From positions 521,631 to 585,630 of the forward strand of contig NMRA01000263.1 in assembly GCA_002633005.1 (NCBI GenBank): DNA of 64,000 bases. The letters run 5' to 3'. The notes under the pieces were generated by a model, which worked only from the letters and a program-made list of their open reading frames with translations, was not told the DNA's origin and ran no database searches. The position numbers and the translations under genes were made by a program. Source of the stretch: Phoronis australis (lineage: Eukaryota > Animalia > Phoronida). Numbering within the stretch: the stretch's first letter is position 1; the number at the start of each line of letters is the position of its first letter. This document shows, one piece after another, positions 1-12,300 of this stretch.

Positions 1-568
1 TTTAGGTACAGGTGAATTCTGTTATGATTTGTCAAACAATTGACTAACAATGTGTTGGATATATATACGTAAAATGTTGTGTAGGGAATATGATACAAAT
101 GGAGACATTTGTGTTTTTGACTATTTTCTAATGTAAGAGGTTCTGTTGTTACTAAAAACAAAAATTTGCTCACAATTGTGCTCTGGTGTTATATGTTACC
201 TCCTCACTATTGATGTTCATGTGGTTTGTTGCGCCGTGTTTGTGCTGAGGATTCTGACTGCCCTTGAGTTTGACCTTTAACATGTGTGCCTGTTGCTTTG
301 ACTTCTGATCAGAATTTATATTTTAAGTTTTTGTTTGCCATCATATTATTGTTTGAATTTTGCAGGGTAAATTGTTTTTGCTGTCAGCATAAATTGCAAC
401 TTCTCAGGTGAAAGACATCACTGTTAGCTTAAAGCTAGTTGTAGACATTTTGTGCCTAATGTAAGGCTTGAAAGCACTACCCTTAAATTTCGACCAGTTT
501 TTGACAAATGTACCATGTCTTCTTGGAGGGTAGTGTCTTTCTACCTTTATACACCATTTTTACTGACA

Positions 569-719
569 CATGGGCGGCGCAGCACTGAAGAAGTGTGGGG
601 GGGGGGCTAAAGCCCCTCAGCCCCCTTGTGGTGCACTGCCTATAGACCATGTGTGGCGTAGCACTGAAAAAAGTGGGGGGGCTGTAGCCCTCCCAGCACC
701 CTATGATGCGCCGCCCATG
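569..719. mobile_element. Short MITE, internally a dimer of two ~75-bp units
   Basis: TIR CATGGGCGGCGCA / TGCGCCGCCCATG; TGACA on both flanks. Confidence 0.65.
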
Positions 720-3340
720 TGACATGCCCTTATTCTGTGCTCATGCAATAAGTAAGAAGTGTTGCCACAAAAATTATCTTAAATTTTATTTGTCACCATT
801 CTATAACAAGATAAAATTCCCACTTGCATAAACCACCCTAAGTTTTCAACAGTTCTCTGTTAACCGAGGCTGTCGAACTTCCAGTGATTAAATTGACTTG
901 TTACCGATACCATTTTACTAATCACCCGACTCCATGTCAACTATGACGCTTCAAGCTAGTAGGCTATCAGTATGAATACATTAGTTGGTAAATAAGGTGT
1001 TGGATCAGCATCATTGTTTCAAGGTTTATCTATTATTAAATCTTGTAATTCTGCTTTGGTCAGAGGTTCTTCACTGTTTATGTCTACTGTTATCAGTTGT
1101 GCTATGTTACATGTACAAACAACATGTATATTTGCTGTTGTGTTGAATGTAATGCAGGAATAATAAATTGAGTAGATAAGTAGAGTCGACTTATTCCTAA
1201 AGCAGTGGTGACCAATCGTGAGGGTACACAAAATACCCCAAAAATAAGGACAAGCATTTTTTATTTCTACATTCACGCCATCTGTTGGTCACTTCACATG
1301 ACCTATAATCATTTCAACTCCACAAAATTTTTGTCCTAAACAGGGCTTGCATGAAGGACCTCCTGCAGACTCTAGTTCACTGAGCCGTTGGGACCACCAC
1401 TCGGCACACCAATCAATTTGACTAGGAGGCACAAAGCACATGTGAGGACTTCCAAGTAGTTGTGTTCCATTAAAGTACAACCATATCAAAAAGAACCTCC
1501 CAAGGACTTAAGTTCATTGCAAGAGAAGTTTGTTGTTAGCAAATCAATTTGTACAGAGTACACTTGGATCAATTCTTTGCGCATATGGAATTACCATGGC
1601 AACAATTTTAAAATACTCAACCCACAGTGTGCAACTTAAAACAGCAATTATTTTCAGTCAACTACGTTCTAAAAGGCCAGTTTCATGAAGCTGACCTAAA
1701 ACAAATTGGTTTTACGCTCCACACAATTTCTCAGCAATAATCAAATCTCAACCAAGCAAAAGTGCAATGTGTCTGAGAATAGACACATAAGTGCTAGTTA
1801 CTGAGATAATTCTATAAATTATTTCTTGACTGATGCACTAATCATTAATTGTCTAAATCTTTTTTCAGCAACATGTAAAATGAGAGCATGAAACCAAATT
1901 TCTGTCTTTTTAAGTGACTTTCATGAACCGGGCACCAGATGAATCCGACAGTCAGCTGTGTTTGCCAGTTGAACATGATAACTGACCTATTCATCTGAGA
2001 AGTTTGCTTCTTACACTTGACTGAATAAAGTATGCATGTGACAAACGGTGAGTAGTTAACAGTGTTGCCAAGCAATGCCATACGAGTGAAACAGACTAGA
2101 ATCATGAAATGCATAGCCGACAATAGCGCAGCGCAAATCAAATTGTGAAATGTGAAAATGTGGAGTATAAAAGAAACCGTACGTGACAACCATGTATTAT
2201 GTGAAAACAAAGTTCAAAAGTTACTTTGCACAGTCCTTATGGCAGCACAACATCAGAAAACATCCCGAACATACAAGGAGACAGACAGGTGTACAACACC
2301 GGGGAGGAGCTTATGTTATGATACAGGGGGAGGAGGAGCTTATGTTATGATTGACATATACAATTCTGCAGAGAGCCTATATTACGATATATGTTTCAAA
2401 CATCACACTCAGCATTCATATAGACACCAAGCAGAGTCACAATCACATCAGAACAAACAGTTGTATTACAAAATCATGAAAACCAGACTTACTTAGGAAA
2501 CCTACTATACTTAGGAGAGACCTACTGCGCTTTAGTTAAAGCACCACTCCAAGTTCTATATCACTTACTTGCACATGACCAAAATGCGAAATGAACAGAT
2601 TCAAATCAATGCCAGATACCTTAGATTTGCAGCAGTTTTGTATCTATTTGCTGCGCAGACACAAATCTAGTTTTTTAAAACTATTACTTAACAGACTTTG
2701 AACAGCAGTGCGCCGATTACTATATAAACTTTGAACAGCAGCGAGCTGATACTATATAACTACCAGACAGTACTGCAAAAGCACAACAATACTTTTCACA
2801 AAAGTCAACAGTGAACAATTAAATAGATTAAGGTGCTCTGTTTGTACCTACCAGAAGCATGTCACAATCAACCAAATAGCACACTTTAATTTTACAACTC
2901 ATATTTACAAGACAATATGCTATCTAATTCATCACATAAATAGAAATCGATATCTTAGTATATAGATAGAATCGGTTGCCAAATATTCTTGGTGTGCAAA
3001 AAGTACTGCCTGCTCTATAAAGACAGAGACTGTCCACAAACTAAAAATTCAGCCAAGCTACTACTCAGCTGTACAGCAGTTCATCTATAAATTGTTCAAC
3101 CAAAGTTGCCATACACAATTGTTTAGTTCCTATATTTCTGATGATTTTACAACTGCGTGTGTGTGTGAATGTCATCTGCGCTAGTTGTCTGGATCAAAGT
3201 GCACAAATTAGTTTTCTTTATAAAATGATCTTCCTCTATCAAACTCGCCGGTGGCAGTATCTGTTAACGATACTCTGCCCACTCAGATAGTGTCGTGTTG
3301 GCTGTACACAGCAGATCTCACAGCTGGTCACTGTCATTCT

Positions 3341-3389
3341 TTACTGTGTCTTGGTTTTCTTTGCTGGGAAAGGTATTTTTGCTCTAACC
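3341..3389 (-). CDS. RTN1: Reticulon last coding exon
   Basis: ttgcag acceptor; [15 protein letters not shown]-stop(TAA). Confidence 0.9.
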
Positions 3390-6300
3390 CTGCAAGAAAA
3401 ACAACTCATCATGATGTCAAACTGCCACGCACTACAGCTAGTGAAGATACGCTGAAGTGAACACATGAATTGTGATTCGAGAACACCACACGAAGTCTTT
3501 TGAATAGCTTTGATTTGAGAACCATTTTAACGCACACTATCCATTCAAATCACAACCCGAACATTGACCATTCTGCTAAAGAGCCTCTGAAATGCAGTTA
3601 AGGTATTGAGTTTATTCAAAGTTCAAGTGTGTACAGGAAAGAAGTGTTAAAACCTAGTTATCTATCACCATTCAGATTTCATCAAAACTGTAGAGCCAAT
3701 ACAAAGGGCAGACTTGAAATCAGAATAGAACTATGTGAAAGGCGGTATAACTGCAACCCACTCCATTTGTGAAAGCCATCACATCCAAACAGCTTGTGCA
3801 CAAAACTGTAGAAAAACCACAACCGGTTCACGGTTTATACACAAGAGTAAATTCCTTCCCTTTTGATGCACTTCTCAATCCACTGAAGTCATTGGCACGT
3901 GTAAACTCCTCAGACTGCTCACAATGAATTTGCAAAGACACAACAAAACTTTGCACAACGTCGTTATACTTACTGGTCGTACACCTTTTTGACATTTGAC
4001 CAGGCCAAGTTCAAGTACTGATCAATAACAGTTTGGTGAGTCTCATATACCTTAGGCAGTGTGAAGGCAAACAGCACAGCTGTAAAAGAGAGATGCACAC
4101 ATTGAACAGGTATAGTTAGGATAGCCTGCACACCAGACTTGTAGTCAACAACTAAAATATATTACGATCTGCTTAGTCATGGGTTTCTATTGGCGGACAT
4201 GACTTTGGGCGTGTTGCATAGAGGTTGAGCAGCCAGTATTGGCTTATATAATACATCATGAATCCCTCACGACTAGTAGTAGGGCTTGGAATAACCAATG
4301 ACAAAAAAAAAGGAAAATTTTCCAGGTGATGTATCGCTCCACAAATAAATGGGCTTGTTTTATAGAAACATTTTTGTTGAAAAATTTAACTGAAATCAAC
4401 GTTTTTGCATGAATAATGTCAAAATAATGATAAAAAAGAGGGAACAGGAAATCAAATACGAGGAAATCGAAACCAAAAAAAAACAGGAAATTCTCTTAAA
4501 AGAGGGAAATTCCAAGCCCCGGACTAGTTACAGTTACAGCTTCAAAAAAGGGCCTCCTAAATGCATGTTCATAACTTAGGGCACCAACTCAAGTTGTATT
4601 ACTCAGAGGAGCTGTATGGGAACGATACATGGAGAATGCCAGAAGCCTCAATGCCCTGACTGGAGGGACGAATATAAACCCCTTCCCCCCTCTGAAAAAT
4701 ATTCAAAAATCTTTCAAAATTCCACTCATCAAGCCAAAATCTTACCTTAGGGTTAGAACCACTTCTACCATACACACGCACCCTTCACACACACCCTTCA
4801 CACACACCTTTGGATTCAGAAGATTTTATGAAATACCAAAATCTTCATTATGTGAACAGAATGTGGATTTAGTCAGCAGGGGAGATAACCATTCATGAGA
4901 GTGCTAGGCTTCACTACCTGACATCTCTACTACTTAATCTAGTCCAATTCCAGATTTTTTCTTCACCCTAAAACATTCCTCTCTCAGAAAGCACAGGTAC
5001 CATTCTCCTTGGGTGAACGAGGACCCTGTACTGCAAGGTAGCTTTTAAACCAGAATTAAAAATAGTCACCACACAAGATTCTCATGGTTCTCTGACTTTT
5101 TCATCTAGCTCCGACGTCTAGTCTTTGTAATCAAAATCTAAATTATTTTTGACATTTTTTGTTCTACCTTTGAATGTGTGAATTCAAGATAATTAGCTAT
5201 TACTCTGAGCTTGTGTACACTATGGTTTAAGTGGATAACTGTCTAATCCCAGCATGCACCTGATGACACCAGCACTACAGTATGAATTCCAAATTTTTTA
5301 CGCATTTGTAAAATCTAAGTATCATCCAGTGCAAACATACATTAGACAGTTAGAAGCATACATTGTAATGTACTCAAGCACATGGAAACATACACTTGAC
5401 ATACACTTGACATAACTTTGTTTCAGTTATTTTCAAAATGGTGTGGAAATTAAATTTCGAGTTGTGTTTGCTGTTGCGACTGAATCAGTGACATCATATC
5501 GTAGTAAGAAGGCTCACAACGCAACCATGTTGTTGGATACAGCACTTACTATAAAGACCATAACAAGCCAACAAGTTTCACATTAAAGTTTCACAAGTGT
5601 ATTTTTCAAAAGAACATGTCTTTCGTCACAGTTTTGAAAACCCATGTGTACTTGGTTCCAAAGTTTCAGACCGGCATGGCCAAGTTTGAATGACTCATTT
5701 TTCAAATGTGGCTTACGGTACCCTAGCGATTGCCTTGACCCAATTAACAAGCAAATCCCGGATGTTCTATACTCTGTGAATACTTTTCGTATCGTGAATA
5801 CTTTTTGTACAGAGAATTCTCACTTTAATAAGACTATCTAAGTAGCTGGTGACCAAAACGAATGATTTTTGATCAACTTTAGGGAACAAGCTTGTCGGTT
5901 GAGCAAATGCAAAATAGGATTTTTGAGTCCTGAAAAGCACACAATTGAAAAGGGAGGGCAACTCGATTTTCTGACTGTCTGGGCTTTAGAGGCCTAGGTA
6001 TATCTGCTGACACAACAAAACATAATTTATCGCTAGATAATGACAGTGTACTTGACTTTCTGCGCCAGTGAAAAAGAGGGAGGAATGTGGCAGTGGGGTT
6101 TCATTTTTTACAATCACCAGTTCTAGTTTTGCGGTGGGACATCAAACTGATTCACACAGAAACATCCAACCTCACAAAATGTCTGTAACATTTCATTTCA
6201 TCAATGCGGCCCACATTACTACCACAATTTGAATCAAAGTCGAGCAAAATTTGCTTTAGAGCCGTCACAATGCTTAAAAGTTGTATGTCTAGTATTAGCA

Positions 6301-9300
6301 ACAAATCTGCCACTCTAAGCACAATTGGTCATCGAGACATTCACTGAAAATGAAGATGAAATTTGCTGACCACATCTGCCGCGCTGTCACATATTCAGGA
6401 AGAGATACAACTGACCAACACTTGGTGATGGAGATGATGCGGAACATCCCGTGTCAGCTGATACATATGGGAACAAGCTACTTACCTAGAATAACTAATG
6501 TTAAGCCGTTGAACCACGCCCCTATGTATGTCATCACCCATAGCAGCAAACCAAACTGAAAATTCAAAGAAAGACATTACATGTAAAACACAAGTAAACT
6601 GGATTTTAGTTTCAAACCCTTATCCAGACACTCTTGAGTTTTTAAGAATAAAATGACAGAAACAAAAATGTGTTGTTTTTATCTCACGTGACAAGAGTAT
6701 ACTCATTCAATTCCAAGGGAGGGTTATCAAGATGTGAAAATACAAGCACACAAATGGAAGATCATTACCAAATCTGCTGGTTAAGAATATTCTCAACCGC
6801 CCATGGCTGTGCTTTTGATACATTTTCTATTCAAGATCCTGCTTCAAAACTTTTCGGATAAGGTATTCTGCTTCTAGAGTAAATAGCCCAATATCTGAAA
6901 CTGAGGATCCACCATGCTATGTAATTAAACAAAAATCTTAGAGAACGGAAGACCTGGATTGTACTAGACTTCCAACTTTATCCTCATGACTTGGCTCTTT
7001 GCATGACCTTAACATGTAGTGTTCAAGCTACAACACAACACGCCCATCACACCAGGTCATCATGTCAGACTGGCATGTCACCAGCACACCTGGGGCCAAG
7101 ACAACATACCTTGATAGACTCTACAAGATCTTTCACCATGAACAGGTCTCTGAGCTGAACCAGGACAGGGTTAAGTCGACCGGCCAACGTGTCAACGAGA
7201 TCATGTACCTTGTTCACAGGCACAGTGACATCCATCTCCAGGAAATCTCTGAAGTGACCAGCAGGCAAAATACTGTTAGCTAACACTGACAAAGTTAAAG
7301 TCAAGTCACAGACATGTCAAAAGTATCCACTAGTCAAAGTCAAAGTCGACCAATCAACTGTCCATCAACATACTTGATCTGTAATCTTTTGATATGATTA
7401 CTTCAGGTTATGTAGACCCTTATTGACTTGTCGCTGCATTTAGCAAAATATTTACAGAACTACAGGTTTTAACTCGGTAAAACTATATATAATCTTTAGG
7501 AAAGCCTGTAGAATTTGATTTTTGACTTAATACCAATCTGCTGTTGATCGGGTCATGTGACATTGTCCTGTTAGTAAAATTTAGCAAATAAAGGCAAATC
7601 CATCACAAAGCAACGGTCTCAATAATATTAACATATTTCGTTTGATGATAATGTTCAAGATGAAAACTAAAAAAAACATAACGGCACGGCTCAACACTAA
7701 CGGTTGCCCGATTGCCCGTGCACATGTAGATTTTGCGTCGGGCAAGTGGAATTTGAAAAGTGCTTGCCCGATGGGCAAGTTAAAAAGCTGGCCATATAGG
7801 CAAGCAGATCCTAAGATTGTCTGCTTGACATTTGCTCCGAAGTAACGAACCCCGACACAAGCCTAAAAACCATCGAAAAAAGCTCGTGTGGCCGTCAAAG
7901 AAACTCCCGTCTTCGAATGAGCACCGAAAGGAAAATAGAACGAGTGTGATGCAGCATGCACAGATGACACCCGCGGTCAAATCCTTTCGATTCTCTGAAC
8001 GTGCCCTGCAGTTTCTGAATAAGTTGTCACGTGATACTACTGATCGTCTGCACTCTGGCAAAACGTCCAAACAAGGAAGCCGTCCAGATGCTAAAAAAAC
8101 GAGTTCAGGAAGAATCAAAGCAACAATATGAAACGAAAAGAGTGCGGGGATGGTTTCCGTCATGGGACGTTAGGTTTCCTGGCCTGCGAGACAGTGAACA
8201 AGGGATGACGTATGATTTTTGCCGGCGTTTACCCATGTACCGAGCTGGAAGCACCGCGTTCGTCGGCGGATGTAAGTCATACAGATAAGCGCAAAAGCTA
8301 AAAAGTGAATGATTGACCACATATTTTCTACACTACACAGCAGTTTTAAAGGCCTGGTATTTATTCAGGGGGAATTCCAAAGGAAAATCTTATGAATTCC
8401 CGGCTCCCGCTGGCGACTCCCGAAAGAAGAGGAATACGGTCTTCATGATTGTCGCTCTGAAGGGTGACTTTTTCGCGGCCTATCTATTTTTCAAAAATGT
8501 AATTATTTATTGAAAATAAAAGTATATGTGGCATTATTATATGTTAAAATTTGATTTTAATTTAATACAAGGTACCGATGACCAAAACTGTGCAAGATTT
8601 TTACGGATAGCAAAAATTCAAATTCAGGTTAAGCAAAGTTTAATGCATGAGGGCGTATAAACTAATGAATACACAGAAGTGTCTAGAGTTCATGTCCTAC
8701 CTCATTTTGGCGCCTGTGAACGTGAGACAATGGTTTTGATACCATAGTTACTCTTCTAATTTGTCTCTCTAACGTTTTGACACACCTTATAAATATATGT
8801 TCTATGAGAAGAATCGTTAAAAAGTAGCTACTCATAGCATGCACGACACAAGAGGAGGCTCAGCGCAGGCAGCCCTACGGTAACACATTACCTAGGTGTG
8901 CACATGCACGGTGCTATTTGGGATTGTACTTGGGGCAAGTGAATTTGTTGTTCGGGCAAGTAAAAATTTCAACTTCTTGCCCGAAGGGCAAGTGGCTTAA
9001 AAAGTTAATGTTGAGCCTGCATAACGGTACCGTAACAATTATCATTTGGAACTTGAAACATTGCCAAAGTGAAATTATAATAACAAATACCTTAACCAAA
9101 CTTAACAACTTGACATTTTGTTACACATTCTTACTCAGATATGTTAACCAAACTTAACACTTTGACATTTCCTTAGACTTCCTTACCTAGATACAAAGTT
9201 AATTTGGTCTCTGAGCAGCAATGTTATTTTTCTTGTAGACATTTGCCTACTCGCCCAACATAAAATAAAACAATCCCTCTGATGTCAACACGCCTAATAG

Positions 9301-12300
9301 ACTCTTTCGGTTAGCAACATTCCCCCCCCCCCCCCCNNCCCCCCCCCCCCGCCTCTCTCCATTGTCCACTTGCCACAAAGTGTTACACACGCACTCACTT
9401 AAACGGGTCACCATCTCCTGATTTCTGCACAGCGTTGACAACATTCTTGTAGACCTTGAAGCTAAAGGTGACGGTGAGTGCCGCCAACGACAGGTAGGAG
9501 AAGACGCTGATGAGCGAGAAGAATGAAAAGGAGAGAAGTACGAAGAGGAGACTGCCAAAGACCACACCCGTCTTCTTGACATCACGCCAGTAGACCAGGT
9601 CAACCACTACGGAGAGTATGGAAGTGACGGTTAGCCGACATCACATGTTACTTCAATTACATTGTATCAATATGTCATGACATGTCACGCTCATTGACTA
9701 TAAAATCAGAAGTAAAACTGAAGAAGGGCAGTGAAAAGCTTGGTCAGTTGAAACAAGTTCAATAGCAGGGCTGTGTAGCAATCACAAAGAGCATCACAAA
9801 ACTGTCAACTGATTTTGAGTGGTTGATGGGTCTTCACTGTTCAGTTGGTTAGAGCACTACAAGTTTCTTGCCAACACAAGCCTTACACACTCTAAATAAC
9901 ATCCAGTTATTCTGTTACACAATGTGTGCACTGCTACACTACAATACACTGCACTCCTCAGTCTTCTAGAACCTAGCAACTGTTAGATCTTGTAATCCAA
10001 ACAACATGTATTGATGAAAATAACAGTTCATACAAATAAATACAAATTAAGAGCAGAATTAACCTAATCTTTGCAACTGAAACAATGGTAGAGTCCAGAC
10101 TAACAGGTAATAACAAGTCAACTCTCTGCCTACATACCATGAACAACAAACATTGTCCACGACACTGAAGACAAAGCGACTGTTCCTTGAGTGTCCCCTA
10201 TCACTACATGGCCAGACACACACACAGCTGCCTGCAACCAGGCTTAGTTCCAGTTGAGTGACAGACACAATTTTGCTCACTTCTACCACCCAGGTTATAG
10301 GTGGCATACTTAGAAGGACCGTGGACACATGCACAAAATATTTTGACATCCATGCATAGCGTGGAGAGAAATCAGCTTGTGCTTAGACAAAGGTCTTGTC
10401 TCTGAACACTGCCATTCATAAACTTTCAACACCTGAACGTGTTTCACCAATTTTCTCATAATTCCAGAGATTTGAAAGATAAGAAAAATGCGTCTCAGAA
10501 CATAAGCCTCCTCATCATCTATTTCAAGAACTAAAAAGAAGCATATTCTGGGTACAAATGACAAGGTAACAATGTGAAGGCAGACACTGTGAGGAGACAC
10601 CAGGACACATCTATGACTGAAGCCTCTTTTCTACTCATGCAATATCAAACAACATCAGATAACACCACACTGAGGTGCTTTAATTTCACATTCCAAACAT
10701 CAAATGTGCAGAACAACTGTTAAGCCTACATAATTCACTAATGTTAATTAGGCAAACAGGGAGGCGCACTGATTCAATTCCTGACATATTTTTGTAATCC
10801 AAAATATCCAGACGACCTGAATTTTTCGTGTTAGCTGAAAATCCCAAGAAACCTCAAAACTAAATCTGATGATTTAGTAAAGAAGATTTCCCCAAGTCAA
10901 GGTGCAAAATACACAAACTAAAAAGGGCAAATGACAAGATGTAGTGAAAACAGCTGTTCAATGAAATCTGGACTGTGATCCACATTCATGTTCCTGGATC
11001 AAGCTGCTTTATTGGACAACAGAACATCAACTGTGTGTCTTGTCTGTTCAACAGGGAGAGCAGTTTGAAGCAGAAAAAAACGTTTAGATTTGCTAGTGTA
11101 CATGACACTAAACATGTTTATGCAGTTTCAGGAAAATGCGAAAATTTAGATCACTGCTAACTTTAGCATCTGTATGAATAATGCAGTCAAAGATTTTTTT
11201 CAACTGCATTCAGAGACCAAGGGCGCGAGTAGGATATCAGACATGAGATATTTCTTTCCATTGAACACGATGTTTTGAGTGTAGTCCACTAACAAACATA
11301 GTTAGCACATTCACTGTATACTATACCACAGGTGTCTTTCACTGAGGCTGGGAATGAATAAAAGAAAGAAGACAAAATGAAACCATTAACAAAACTAGAC
11401 ACACTGTTACCATATTGTACAGAGAACAGAAAACGGCAGTACAGTCTTTCAGACAACGATGCAATGGTGTGCTCCATGAGCACAAAGATGAGGGAGGGAT
11501 CCTAAGACAGCATACACTTCTGGTTACAGTATGGAGAGATAACAGACCATCAGCTGCTGGAATAAGCAGGTTGTTGGTAACAAGGTGCAATTGATGTTTT
11601 CAAAGCAGTATTCATAGACGTTCTAAAATATATCTCAAATCACACTGATAGGGCAATATTGGAAGATGTCTTGGCACATTGGTCAGAACACTTAAAACTC
11701 ATCCACGTTCAATACATTTGAGACAAGCACAGCAATTAAACACTGNGGTCTACACCAATTTTTTATTAAAAATGCTCACTACAGAAGGCTGTTTTGTAAA
11801 CTTAGATGTAAAAACCTTGGTCTATGCATTTTTTTGGAAAAAAAATCTGTGTGTTTGGGGGGATTGCTGGGGATGGGGGGTTATGCGTCGAAATTATGGA
11901 CGCCCTGGAATATTGGGAACCTCATTTTGGACACCCTATTTTCGAAATCCTGGATGAAGGCCTGCGATGCGATGGTGTGCTCCATGAGCACAAAGATGAG
12001 GGAGGGATCCTAAGACAGCATACACTTCTGGTTACAGTATGGAGAGATAACAGACCATTAGCTGCTGGAATAAGCAGGTTGTTGGTAACAAGGTGCAATT
12101 GATGTTTTCAAAGCAGTATTCATAGACGTTCTAAAATATATCTAAAATCACACTGATAGGGCAATATTGGAAGATGTCTTGGTACATTGGTCAGAACACT
12201 TAAAACTCATCCACGTTCAATACATTTGAGACAAGCACAGCAATTAAACACTGAATGGCAACATTAACATACATATAACATGCTCAAGGGAATTATTGAC

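Noticed and set aside
1845-2496. ORFs of 121 and 114 aa
   Set aside because: Within the likely reticulon 3' UTR; no motif or splice support.
7581-8513. Cluster of overlapping ORFs suggesting a nested gene
   Set aside because: Lies almost entirely inside the hAT element; degenerate transposon sequence.
9322-9350. Poly-C run with NN (also N plus poly-C at 15840), a potential G-quadruplex on the minus strand
   Set aside because: Assembly joins at homopolymers; true length unknown.
9836-9860. tRNA A-box-like CTGTTCAGTTGGTTAGAGCACT
   Set aside because: No cloverleaf or B-box; at most a SINE fragment.
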